64,000 nt of DNA, from NCBI GenBank assembly GCA_965217865.1, contig CBDCJO010000002.1:832001-896000 (forward strand), written 5' to 3'. Below are positions 9,224-20,878 of this stretch, piece by piece (within the stretch, counting starts at the first letter, position 1; each line of letters starts with the position of its first letter). Origin of the DNA: Candidatus Latescibacterota bacterium. GTDB lineage: Bacteria; Latescibacterota; UBA2968; SICM01. The position numbers and the translations under genes are program-made. A model generated the notes under the pieces. The model was not told the origin of the DNA. It ran no database searches and saw only the letters and a program-made list of their open reading frames with translations.

Positions 9224-9355
9224 ACATAACTTATAGTTAGACAGAATAAAAAAAACCGCGAACACTGCAATCTTGACAGTTGTTAATTTGTTGAGGCAGT
9301 TTAATGCTAATTTACTATTTTTAGTTGGTTAAATCAAGAATCCATTCGGGTTTAG
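9224..9355 (-). promoter_or_regulatory. Promoter plus attI-like module, copy 2
   Basis: Minus strand TTGATT-17-TAAATT, then CTGTCTAACTATAA-GTTATGT. Homology with copy 1 ends at the GTT core. Confidence 0.62.
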
Positions 9356-9631
9356 ACTGCGCAAAATGGCCATCTAATCTGTGCTGTGATCCACTCCAAC
9401 CTCCTTGAGAGGCTATCTGCCGGGCTTCGCACCCTCTTCCTCCCCGGTTCAACATATGGGTACTTGATTTAACCCAGGCGCGCCAGATGAAAATCCTATC
9501 TCAAACAACCACATCCTTCTGGTGGACTTCAAGCATTCTAAACTGGTTGCATCGTATTACCAATCATTCTCTTCCAGACTCCCGAAGGTGTGGATCTGCG
9601 GACAATCGCAAAGGAGAAAGAAGGAGGGTAA

Positions 9632-11722
<2,091 letters not shown>

Positions 11723-11749
11723 TATCGGGGGTTCGGCCCGGAAATACAC

Positions 11750-11778
11750 TTGACTTATTCGTCTAAATGTTTTAACCT
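11750..11778 (+). promoter_or_regulatory. Putative promoter of tRNA-Ala
   Basis: TTGACT-17 bp-TAACCT upstream of the tRNA. Confidence 0.4.
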
Positions 11779-11813
11779 TATAGAGTTTTGCACGTTGATG
11801 AGGGGTTTGAAAC

Positions 11814-11889
<76 letters not shown>

Positions 11890-11957
11890 TTTTGAGTAAA
11901 ATCACCCATTGCAAGATCGCAATCAGTTGATCGGATCCACTTTGAACTTGATATTTT

Positions 11958-12000
11958 AAGGCAAGCGCGTCGCGGTTCAGAGCGTGTCTTGCCTTTTTTA
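11958..12000 (+). terminator. Intrinsic terminator after the tRNA
   Basis: AAGGCAAG...CTTGCCTT hairpin followed by a T run. Confidence 0.65.
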
Positions 12001-12050
12001 AATTCAGAAACAAGAGTTTAGCAGGAGTGAGAGGAAGGCGGGTCGAGACG

Positions 12051-13813
12051 ATGGAAGAACGTGAAATTGAGTTGATCGACTATATCAATGTAATACTTAA
12101 AAGGAAGCGATTCATTATCATCGGGACGTTGATTTTCGTGTTGATCGCATCGATCTATAGCTTCGGCCGACGCGCACCGACGGTCTATGAAGCCAAGGCC
12201 TCGCTCCTCGTCATCCCACCCCCGTTCAAGGCTGAAGAGTTGATGACGTCCAACCTGCCGATCCACGCATATGAAAGACTTGCCCGCGCCCAGGACCTGG
12301 AAAAGGCGATCATAGACTCGCTGAACCTGGGATTCGGGATCAACAGGCTGGACGGGATGATGGACGTCGAAGTGGTGAAGGGGAAGACTTCCCCGTTGAT
12401 AACTTTTTCAATCCAGTCCGACAGCGCGGACCTTTCGATTGAGATTGTTAATAGTTGGGCGGACCTTTTTGTGAAGAAGAACAGCGGGCTCACTTCCCAG
12501 GCGATATCCGGTTCGTATGAATTTATCCTAGGCCAGTACAATACGGCTCAGGAGCTGCTGAAGAATAAGGAGGATGCCCTGCTGGAATTCATGGAAACAA
12601 ATCACCTTTCTATCCTGTCCAATGAACGGGATCCTGAATCCGAAAAGCTGAAGGAGCTCCAGGTCGCTTATACGCATCAAACGCCGATTTGAGGGCGAAA
12701 GAGGATAGCCTGAGACATCAGGAGTATTTGATCGCAGCACTGGATATCGATGGCAAATGGATCGGGACCCTTGTCGAGGAAGGCGCGCCGATCCCGTTCG
12801 AGAATCTCACCGAAGAGCAGGTTTATATTCAAAAACTCGTGGCGGAAGCGACCCGGACCCTGCTTCAGGCTGAGGAAGATCTCATATCCTTCAAGGATGA
12901 ATACAGGATCGAACTGCTCAAGGCTGAAGTGGACCAGAAGATCAAAACGCTTGCTGTTCATCAGGCGGAGCTGGTCACGATGGACCTGGGAAGAGACAAG
13001 ACCCGGGTGACTCTGGAGCAGATCGATCAACAACTCAAACTACAGAGCCCGACGCTGGTCTTATCCAAAGCCATAACGGATGATGCCCTGTGGCAAAAGA
13101 ACCGGGATGGCACCCTTTCTCCGGACGATCTCAAGAAGCTGGAGAGGTTGAAACTTCGGTCGGAAGAGTTAAATCCGGTATATATCGACCTTTTGAAAAG
13201 GAAGGCCTCCTTACAGCTGGAGCACAATTCCTATTCTCCGAAAAAGGTCATCCTCAAACAGGAGATCGAAAAGCTCAAAAATGAACTCCCGATGCTTGAA
13301 AAAAGACTGCGGGCTCAGGAGAAAGAACAGGTTGCGATTGAAAATAGGTTGGGGATCGCCCGCAAGACAGTGGATTCTTTGTGGAAGAGATATTCGGTCG
13401 TAAAATCGGGTGTGGAGCAGACCCGTATGGATATCGTGTCCGAAAAAGAAAAAATGGCATACTCGCGTTCCGCACTGGATGCGTACAGATCGAGGTTCGA
13501 GGGGCTGGATGAACAGGTTGATCTTTTGGAGTTAGAGCAGGCGAGGCTGGATAGAGATGTCGGGATGTATAAAAGCACACTTGAACGGTTCGGTAAACTT
13601 GCCGAAGACGCCCGGGTGGCGAAGGCGGGGGAGGTCTCAGACCTTAAAGTGGTGGCTCGAGCGGTTGTGGCGACGACCCTTGTTCCCAAAAAGCAAAGCA
13701 CGGTATTGCTGGGTGGAGGCGTGGGTCTTGTGGTGACCATATTGCTTGTGTTCTTCGTGGATTACATTGAAAAGGCTCGTCAGAGAGAAAAGCAGGGAAC
13801 GGGAAACGAATAG
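12051..13813 (+). pseudogene. Wzz/Wzc-like polysaccharide co-polymerase, split by a frameshift near 12670-12690
   Basis: EIELIDYINVILKRK + TM1 + PTVYEAKASLLV; long coiled coil; C-terminal PKK...GGGVGLVV TM2 in the second frame. Confidence 0.8.
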
Positions 13814-13823
13814 GAAAAAAAAG

Positions 13824-14951
13824 ATGATACAGCATAAAATACAAGATCTGTTGGGCCGAGATGAGATCGACATAGACCTGGAGGAGGTGGCTGCCTACCT
13901 AAGGGGAAGATCCGTGCTGGTTACAGGGGCCGGAGGGTCGATCGGATCGGAATTGTGCCGGCAGATCTCACCCCTGGGACCCAAAGCCCTGGTGCTGTTA
14001 GGGCGGGGTGAAAACAGTATCTACGAGATGACGATGGAGCTCCGGACCCGGTTTCCCAAACTAGATGCAACCCCTGTCGTTGCGGACGTGCGTGATCAAC
14101 ACCGGGTGCGCAATGTGTTCGAAGAACAGAAGCCCGAGGTTGTTTTCCACACTGCGGCGCACAAGCACGTCGATCTGATGGAGGCTTTTCCGGAGGAGGC
14201 GGTGAAGAACAATGTCTTCGGAACCCAAAATGTCGTCGAAGCAGCGGCCGAGGCCGGTGTCGGGCGGTTTGTGATGATTTCCACGGACAAGGCGGTCAAT
14301 CCTGCGTGTGTTTACGGGGCCGCGAAGCGGGTCGCCGAATTGCTCGTAGCCCTTTGGGCGGAGCGATCAAAAACTTCTTTTGTGACGGTCCGGTTCGGGA
14401 ATGTGTTGGGATCCCGCGGCAGCATCGTGCCGCTTTTCCGGAAGCAGATTGAGCTGGGTGGACCCGTGACGGTGACAGACCCTGAGGCAAAAAGATACTT
14501 CATGTCCATTCCGGAGTCCGTGCGTCTGGTCTTGCAGAGCGGGGCCTTTGGACGTTCGGGAGAGATCTTTGTCCTGGATATGGGGGAACAGGTCCGCATA
14601 TTGGATCTGGCGAGGAACATGATTCGCCTGGCCGGCCTGGAACCGGGGATCGATATCGGGATCGAGTTTATCGGGTTGCGGCCAGGCGACAAGCTGTCCG
14701 AAGAGCTTTTGACCCACGGCAAAGGCGTACGGGCGACGCGGCATAAGAAGATCTTTGCGGCAAATCCGGATCGGGTGGACGGACAAAGCCTGGAGAAGGA
14801 CCTTGAGGAATTAGAGGCCCTATCCCAAAATCCGGATCGGCAGGGGTTAGTCAACAAGCTGAAAGAGATGGTACCGACTTACGAGCCGTCTAGTCTGTGG
14901 GGAAAAGGCGAAGAGGTCGGGGGTCAGAGGTCGGAGGCCGGGGAAAAGTGA
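13824..14951 (+). CDS. CapD/PglF-like nucleoside-diphosphate-sugar 4,6-dehydratase (catalytic domain only)
   Basis: DLLGR, VLVTGAGGSIGSELCRQI, HTAAHKHV, ISTDKAVNP, VRFGNVLGSRGS, GLRPGDKL. Confidence 0.93.
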   Translation: MIQHKIQDLLGRDEIDIDLEEVAAYLRGRSVLVTGAGGSIGSELCRQISPLGPKALVLLGRGENSIYEMTMELRTRFPKLDATPVVADVRDQHRVRNVFEEQKPEVVFHTAAHKHVDLMEAFPEEAVKNNVFGTQNVVEAAAEAGVGRFVMISTDKAVNPACVYGAAKRVAELLVALWAERSKTSFVTVRFGNVLGSRGSIVPLFRKQIELGGPVTVTDPEAKRYFMSIPESVRLVLQSGAFGRSGEIFVLDMGEQVRILDLARNMIRLAGLEPGIDIGIEFIGLRPGDKLSEELLTHGKGVRATRHKKIFAANPDRVDGQSLEKDLEELEALSQNPDRQGLVNKLKEMVPTYEPSSLWGKGEEVGGQRSEAGEK

Positions 14952-15020
14952 TAGTAGTAGCAGTAGCAGGGGCAGTGGCAGGAAAAGCAAACTCCGGGGT
15001 CGGAGGCCGGAGGTCAGGGG
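14913..15020. repeat. Degenerate 7-bp (GAGGTCG/GGGGTCA) and 6-bp (AGTAGC/GGCAGT) tandem repeats at a gene junction
   Basis: GAGGTCG GGGGTCA GAGGTCG GAGGCCG (14913-14940); AGTAGT AGCAGT AGCAGG GGCAGT GGCAGG; GGGGTCG GAGGCCG GAGGTCA (14996-15016). Confidence 0.75.
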
Positions 15021-15082
15021 AAAGCAGTTCCAGCGGCGGTAGCGAAGTCTTGAAATAGGCCATATGACATTCAACTGAATTT

Positions 15083-15181
15083 CCCCTCTCCCGGCACCCG
15101 GGAGAGGGGTGCCGAATTTACGAGGCGGGGTCCGTCAGAGGCGGGTTTTTTTACGTAGGACGGGAATGAATTCCCGACTAC
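15083..15181. repeat. Two REP-like palindromes
   Basis: CCCCTCTCCCGG-CAC-CCGGGAGAGGGG (15083-15109) and GTAG-type GTAGGACGGGAATGAATTCCCGACTAC (15155-15181). Confidence 0.6.
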
Positions 15182-15196
15182 AAGGAGGGAAACTCC

Positions 15197-15370
15197 TTGA
15201 CATCCCGAACCGAATGTGTTACTTTATGCAACGAATGGGGTTAAGTATATGGAATTAATAGAGGAAACCTGGGATATCACCCCACGAAAATAGCTTATTT
15301 AGGCCAAATATCGCTTGACATTCTAAACGGCAAGTGTTACTTTAAGCAACACTTGCCGTTTTTCTTTGTT
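15197..15370 (+). promoter_or_regulatory. Tandem sigma70 promoters; the second is embedded in a 14-bp inverted repeat with a U-tract
   Basis: TTGACA-17-TACTTT at 15197 and at 15315; AAACGGCAAGTGTT/AACACTTGCCGTTT (15325-15361) followed by a T-rich tract. Confidence 0.7.
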
Positions 15371-15399
15371 TTATTGGTTCTTTCTTTGTCTTTAAATAT

Positions 15400-16017
15400 A
15401 TGGAAATCTTAAAGAAAAGCTCGGATATCCGAGAAGATCTGGGTCTTCTGGCGGTGATGGATGCCTTGGAGGGAAAAGATGCCCTGAGCCAGCGAAAGCT
15501 CTCCGCGGCCACGGGCTTGAATTTGAAGAAGATCAACTTCTGTCTCCATAAGTTGTTGGAAAAGGGGTATATCAAGTTTGAAAAGGCCCGGCGGAATCCC
15601 AACAAGTTGGTCTATCTCTATCTGATGACACCGGATGGCATTCGGGCGAAATCGCGGCTGACCTATCGCTTCATAAGATATACCATGGAGCAGCATAATA
15701 AGATCGAGGAGAAGGTCCGCCGGAGTTTGGATACGCTTGCAAAGGAGGAAGTGAGCCAGGTGGTTCTTTACGGGGTAAGCGATGTTACGCGGATTCTTTT
15801 CGACTCCTTGAATGGGTATTCCATCCGCGTCGTTGGAGTCGTGGATGACGTCTATAAGGGGGAGGAGTTTTACGGATATCGGGTTATACACAGTGATGCT
15901 TTAGGAAGGCTGGACTTCGATCGGTTGATCGTCACCACATTCGATGAGCCTGAGGAGGTGGAGACACGCCTGTTGAAATCGGGTATCGGGCGCGAAAAGA
16001 CCTGGTGGATCGCTTAG
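15400..16017 (+). CDS. MarR-family EPS-associated winged-helix transcriptional regulator
   Basis: SQRKLSAATGLNLKKINFCLHKLLEKGYIK...YLYLMTPDGIRAKSRLT plus a C-terminal Rossmann-like domain. Confidence 0.9.
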   Translation: MEILKKSSDIREDLGLLAVMDALEGKDALSQRKLSAATGLNLKKINFCLHKLLEKGYIKFEKARRNPNKLVYLYLMTPDGIRAKSRLTYRFIRYTMEQHNKIEEKVRRSLDTLAKEEVSQVVLYGVSDVTRILFDSLNGYSIRVVGVVDDVYKGEEFYGYRVIHSDALGRLDFDRLIVTTFDEPEEVETRLLKSGIGREKTWWIA

Positions 16018-16041
16018 AAGGTCCGCTTAAAGGAAGGGATC

Positions 16042-17058
16042 GTGGGACGCATTCTTGTGACCGGGGCAGCAGGATTTATCGGTTACCATCTCTGTGAGCG
16101 CCTGCTTGCCCAGGGGGAACGCGTGTTGGGCCTCGATATTCTGAATGATTACTACGACGTCCGTCTGAAGGAAGCCCGGCTTGAACGACTGAAGGCTCAA
16201 GAGAACTTCGACTTTGTAAAACTGAATCTGACTGATCGGGGGGGGATTGAGAAACTTTTCGCCGAGTCCGGCCTGGAAAGCGTCGTCCATCTTGCCGCCC
16301 AGGCCGGCGTTCGCTATTCTCTGACCAATCCCCACGCATACATCCATTCGAATGTCGTGGGTTTCCTTAATGTGTTGGAGGGCTGTCGACACAATTCGAT
16401 AAAACACTTAGTATTTGCTTCGAGCAGTTCGGTCTACGGGACGAACTCCAGGATGCCCTTCTCGGTGCACGATCCCGTGGACCATCCGATTTCATTGTAT
16501 GCAGCCAGTAAAAAATCCAATGAGCTGATGGCGCACAGTTATGCCCATCTTTATGACCTGCCTTGCACGGGTTTGCGATTCTTCACGGTCTATGGCCCCT
16601 GGGGACGTCCGGACATGGTGATGACGTTGTTTGCAAAGGCCATCTTAGCGGACAAGCCGATCGATGTATTCAATCAGGGGCGTCACAAACGAGACTTTAC
16701 CTATGTCGACGACATCGTCGATGGCGTGGTGCGAGTGATGGGACAAAAACCCGAACGCGATGAGAATTGGGCAGGGGATCCACCGGATCCGGCCAGCAGT
16801 TCAGCCCCTTTCCGTCTTTACAACATCGGCGGGGGCCGACAGGTAGAGTTGATGTATTTGGTCAAACTGCTTGAATCCGCTTTGGGGCGGAAGGCGCAAA
16901 TGAACCTTTTAAATATGCAGTCGGGGGACATGGCCGAGACTTATGCTGACATCAATGACCTGAAGAAGGACGTGGGCTTTAACCCGGAAACGAATATTGA
17001 GGAAGGTGTGAAGAAATTTGTGGCGTGGTATCGAGACTATTATTCTGCGACGAACTGA
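16042..17058 (+). CDS. NAD-dependent epimerase, UDP-glucuronate 4-epimerase-like
   Basis: ILVTGAAGFIG, HLAAQAGVRYS, SLYAASKK, GLRFFTVYGPWGRPDM. Confidence 0.94.
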   Translation: MGRILVTGAAGFIGYHLCERLLAQGERVLGLDILNDYYDVRLKEARLERLKAQENFDFVKLNLTDRGGIEKLFAESGLESVVHLAAQAGVRYSLTNPHAYIHSNVVGFLNVLEGCRHNSIKHLVFASSSSVYGTNSRMPFSVHDPVDHPISLYAASKKSNELMAHSYAHLYDLPCTGLRFFTVYGPWGRPDMVMTLFAKAILADKPIDVFNQGRHKRDFTYVDDIVDGVVRVMGQKPERDENWAGDPPDPASSSAPFRLYNIGGGRQVELMYLVKLLESALGRKAQMNLLNMQSGDMAETYADINDLKKDVGFNPETNIEEGVKKFVAWYRDYYSATN

Positions 17059-17083
17059 TGGTATGGACTCCATGGCCATCGGG

Positions 17084-17160
17084 AAATTGAAAAATGGAAA
17101 ATGAAAAATGCAGATTGCAAAATGCAGACCATAGACGATGGACCATGGTCAGGGGTCGCT
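17084..17160. repeat. 11-unit 7-bp-period degenerate array
   Basis: AAATTGA AAAATGG AAAATGA AAAATGC AGATTGC AAAATGC AGACCAT AGACGAT GGACCAT GGTCAGG GGTCGCT. Confidence 0.78.
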
Positions 17161-17162
17161 AG

Positions 17163-18689
17163 CAGCCCGTTGAAGAACTACCTTTCAACGCACATAAACG
17201 GAAAAGACGCCTGGAGTGCGGGTCAGATAAATCAAGGTAAGGAGATTGAGCAGGAGACGCTGATAAGAGGTTAAAAAGGTGACCGAGGGCAGCAAACGTG
17301 ATTGTAGGACGAGCAGTAGACGCTGCAAGGCCTTGGCCAGGTCCTGGAGGGCCTTCGGAGTACCTACGCCCATCACTTTGCGCATGAGCAGAGCCAGGTT
17401 GCAGCCCCCGATGTGGATCAGCAAACGCTTGAGGATATTGCCGCGGTCTCTCAAGTGCAACCTGCGCATGCCACCGGTATCATATGTGTGAGCGATGGTT
17501 CTTTCCACCCGTTCTGCACGACTTCGGCGCAAGGCCTTGCCGCGATCTCCCTTGATCCGGCGTCGATTCGCATATACCGCGGCCTGCTCATCTCGTCGGC
17601 CGTTCCACTTGCGGCGTCCCCGATCCGGTTCTGAAATGTAACTCCGGATGCCGCCTTGCTTCAGACTGGTCAATACATCGTTGCTATGATATCCTTTGTC
17701 CGCAACCACCTCCCGTATACGCTGTCTGTGCAAACGTTTGGCAGCTTTTTCGTCCTTCGCGACCTGCTTGAGATTGAGCTGCGCCTCGAGCAGCGTCCAG
17801 GGCAACGACTCGGTATCTCCTTCATCTGCTCCCGACAACGCCACTGCCACAATGGCATTGGTGTCCAGATCCACCGCGTGCTCCACCTTGTGCGCCATGT
17901 GCGTGCGACCGTCCTTCATCTTAGCGATCTTGGCATCCGGGTCGTGCGGGTGCTCCCAGTCCTGGTTCGATCCCTTCTTCGGTCGCTTCTTATCGATCTT
18001 GGACAAGTCCTCGCGGGTAGGCGTTTCAATGCCCGAGGCCTTGGCCAGATTCTCAAGGAATGCCTGGTAGCCTTCACCCGTGTCACGGCGTACAATGCTG
18101 CGCATCGCGGCGTTGGCCTCCAGTGTCGTAGCATCCACGCCCAACGTCTTCCCCTTCACCAGACCCGCTTTGCACAAGACCCTCAGGATCCACTTGAAAA
18201 CCGCTTCGTGAACTTCCAAGGGAAGCCGATGCCGGATGCGAGACAGGCTGGAATGATCCGGGGTCTGTTCGTCAAGGGCATACCCCAAAAACCGGCGCAA
18301 CGTCAGCGAGTCAGATACACGCCATTCGATCCCACGTTCCGAATCAAGTCCCTCGAAATACCCAATCAAAAGCATCCGAAAATAAACCCCGGGCGGAATG
18401 CCCTTGCGACCCATATGAGGAGCGTAATACCGCTGGCAAAGCCCCTCGACGAACTCGTCGAAGCCGTTCGCCCCCAATACCTGATTCAGCTTCTCGTAGA
18501 ACGGATGACCCGGAGATTTCACCAAAGTGTTCGATGCGATGAACAGGTTTTCCTGTCTCTGTCGGCCTCGTTTTCCCATTGCCATTTGCTCGTCCTCCCT
18601 TCTCAGTTTGAACCTGATATATCATAGGACCAAACCACAAGGAAAGACAACAGTCATCTTGGCATAAACGCACTTTTTCAACAGGCTGG
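17163..18689 (-). mobile_element. IS5/IS1182-like insertion sequence, copy 1 (1527 bp)
   Basis: TIRs CAGCCTGTTGAAAAAG / CAGCCCGTTGAAGAAC; TAG flanks on both sides (CTA or TA duplication). Confidence 0.95.
17185..18585 (-). CDS. DDE transposase (DUF772 + DDE; IS5/IS1182-like)
   Basis: 466 aa; TPDHSSLSR, GVDATTLEANA, VVADKGYHS, RVERTIAH. Confidence 0.95.
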   Translation of the reverse strand: MAMGKRGRQRQENLFIASNTLVKSPGHPFYEKLNQVLGANGFDEFVEGLCQRYYAPHMGRKGIPPGVYFRMLLIGYFEGLDSERGIEWRVSDSLTLRRFLGYALDEQTPDHSSLSRIRHRLPLEVHEAVFKWILRVLCKAGLVKGKTLGVDATTLEANAAMRSIVRRDTGEGYQAFLENLAKASGIETPTREDLSKIDKKRPKKGSNQDWEHPHDPDAKIAKMKDGRTHMAHKVEHAVDLDTNAIVAVALSGADEGDTESLPWTLLEAQLNLKQVAKDEKAAKRLHRQRIREVVADKGYHSNDVLTSLKQGGIRSYISEPDRGRRKWNGRRDEQAAVYANRRRIKGDRGKALRRSRAERVERTIAHTYDTGGMRRLHLRDRGNILKRLLIHIGGCNLALLMRKVMGVGTPKALQDLAKALQRLLLVLQSRLLPSVTFLTSYQRLLLNLLTLIYLTRTPGVFSVYVR

Positions 18690-18752
18690 TAGGGCGCAGC
18701 GAAGGCCACGCTGGGGTTATGAATCGCTAAATTTTTTCTCGGGAGTTAAACC

Positions 18753-20702
18753 TTGTGCGGCATTCTAGGCATCGTTCGTTCTGACGGGGGTTCGATCGAC
18801 CCGAACCAGTTGCAGGATATGACGGACACGATGCGCCACCGGGGTCCGGATGGTCGGGGATTTGCGTTGTTGGATCCGGTTGCCAAAACAGCAAGATTCT
18901 ACGATCGGATTCAAACGCAGGATTCAAACGGGGGGCCGAGTATCGGACTGGGCCATCGGCGTCTGAGTATCATCGATATCGAAGGCGGACAGCAGCCCAT
19001 GTCGAATGAGGACGGGTCGGTCTGGGTGGTCTTCAACGGGGAGATCTACAATTTTCAAGAATTACGACCTCAGCTAAGTGCCTTGGGACACCATTTCAAG
19101 ACAGATCACTCAGATACGGAGACGATCGTTCATGCTTTCGAGGAATGGGGAGAACGCTGTTTGGATCATTTCAGGGGGATGTTTGCATTTGGTGTTGTGG
19201 ATCTGAATAGAAACCGTCTGTTCCTGGCGAGGGACCGTATCGGGAAGAAGCCCCTGTTCTATTATGCAGGTCAAGGAAAATTGATTTTCGCCTCCGAGAT
19301 CAAGGCCATTATTCAGGATTCCTCCGTCCCTCGGGAGGTCGACCTGACGGCTCTTGCTGACTACTTTACCTACCTCTATATCCCATTTCCAAAAACGATC
19401 TTTAAGAATATCTACAAGCTGAATCCTGGCCATTTTCTTTCGGTCGATTTGAACGATGCTTCGAGTGCGTGTCCGTTCCGATCAATTTCATATTGGGATG
19501 TCCGTTTTGAGCCGGATGAGTCGATCTCCGAGGCCGAGTGGTGTGAGCGGCTTCGAGCGGAATTGATAGAGGCGATTCGGATCAGAATGATCAGCGATGT
19601 TCCACTGGGGACTTTTCTGAGCGGAGGGGTGGACTCAAGCACGGTGGTCGCCCTGATGAGCCGGCTTCAGGATAAACCGGTGAAGACGTTCTCCATCGGT
19701 TTTGAAGAAGCGGGATATGACGAGACGCCATATGCCCGGCAGGTCGCCAGGCAGTTCGGCACGGACCATCACGAAGAGATCATCCGGCCGGACGCGATCG
19801 AGGTGCTTCCGAAGCTGGCCTGGGAGTATGATGAACCCTTCGCGGATTCCTCGGCTGTGCCGACCTATTATGTTTCACAGATGGCCCGCAAGTGGGTCAC
19901 GGTGGTTTTGTCGGGAGACGGGGGGGATGAAGGCTTCGCCGGATATCGACGATATTCCAAGGCCCTCAGGTTTCACCACTGGGTGGACTGGATCCCCCAC
20001 TTTATCCGCAAGGCGATTTTCGGAAGGATTTCCCGAATTGGGCAGGACGGACTTAAGGGAAAAAAACGCCTGATCTATTTTTCTCAGGAACCCGGTGAAC
20101 GGTTTCGAAGCGTGGTCAGCCGTCCTGTCTGGCGTTCCCTTTTTCGACCGGAGATACGGGATGCAATCGGAGGGGACTATGAGAATCCCATCCTGTCGGA
20201 TTTATGGGGAAGAGGGGGTTACGATTACGTATCTCGAATGCAATATCTGGACACGAAGACGTGCCTGCCTGAAGATATGCTGACGAAAATCGACAGGGCG
20301 AGCATGCTCAACTCTCTGGAGGTGCGCTGTCCCTTCGTGGACCATAAGGTGATCGAGCTCGCCGCTAGGATCCCCTCCCGTTTGAAATTGAATCGGTACG
20401 ATAAGAAATATATCCTGAAGCGGATGATGCTCTCGGAGTTCGGCCACGACTTTCTATATCGACGGAAATGGGGATTTGAGGTTCCGGTGGAGCGTTGGTT
20501 TCGGAACGACCTCAACGGCTATCTTTCCGACACCCTCCTGGGGGCCAACAGTTTTGTATCGAATTACATCGAAAAGGGAGCCTTGCACAAAGTGATCAAG
20601 CGTCATCGGGCTGGTTTGAGGGATCTGAGCCCCACGATCTGGAGTGTTCTGTTTTTGGAGAAGTGGGGGGAGGTCTATATGAAAGGCAAAGGCGACCATT
20701 GA
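18753..20702 (+). CDS. asnB: Asparagine synthase (glutamine-hydrolysing) family amidotransferase, glycan-modifying
   Basis: MCGI, HRGPDG, GHRRLSIID, FNGEIYN, ARDRIGKKPL, FLSGGVDSS, LSGDGGDE. Confidence 0.93.
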   Translation: MCGILGIVRSDGGSIDPNQLQDMTDTMRHRGPDGRGFALLDPVAKTARFYDRIQTQDSNGGPSIGLGHRRLSIIDIEGGQQPMSNEDGSVWVVFNGEIYNFQELRPQLSALGHHFKTDHSDTETIVHAFEEWGERCLDHFRGMFAFGVVDLNRNRLFLARDRIGKKPLFYYAGQGKLIFASEIKAIIQDSSVPREVDLTALADYFTYLYIPFPKTIFKNIYKLNPGHFLSVDLNDASSACPFRSISYWDVRFEPDESISEAEWCERLRAELIEAIRIRMISDVPLGTFLSGGVDSSTVVALMSRLQDKPVKTFSIGFEEAGYDETPYARQVARQFGTDHHEEIIRPDAIEVLPKLAWEYDEPFADSSAVPTYYVSQMARKWVTVVLSGDGGDEGFAGYRRYSKALRFHHWVDWIPHFIRKAIFGRISRIGQDGLKGKKRLIYFSQEPGERFRSVVSRPVWRSLFRPEIRDAIGGDYENPILSDLWGRGGYDYVSRMQYLDTKTCLPEDMLTKIDRASMLNSLEVRCPFVDHKVIELAARIPSRLKLNRYDKKYILKRMMLSEFGHDFLYRRKWGFEVPVERWFRNDLNGYLSDTLLGANSFVSNYIEKGALHKVIKRHRAGLRDLSPTIWSVLFLEKWGEVYMKGKGDH

Positions 20703-20715
20703 CGGGAAAAGCGAA

Positions 20716-20860
20716 GGCGACCACGGACGATGGACCATAGACGAGGAAGGCAAAGGCGATAGACCAGAGAGGCAAAAGCGATATCCTTCGTCCATCGTCC
20801 ACCGTCCACGGTCCATTTTCCATCGTCCATCGTCCACCGTCCACGGTCCATCGTCGGCTT
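20716..20860. repeat. Inverted heptamer arrays upstream of the four-helix-bundle gene
   Basis: GACCACG GACGATG GACCATA GACGA followed by reverse-complement units GTCCATC GTCCACC GTCCACG... Confidence 0.85.
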
Positions 20861-20878
20861 TTCTCCTGGAGGCCTGAG

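Noticed and set aside
15031-15046. ops/JUMPstart-like CAGCGGCGGTAGCG
   Set aside because: It can arise from the local AG(T/C)(A/G)GC hexamer repeats, lies upstream of the predicted promoters, and lacks the 5' half of JUMPstart.
17656-18627. 323-aa antisense ORF repeated in all four IS copies
   Set aside because: Shadow frame of the transposase; it is conserved only because the IS copies are near-identical, and it has no recognisable motif.
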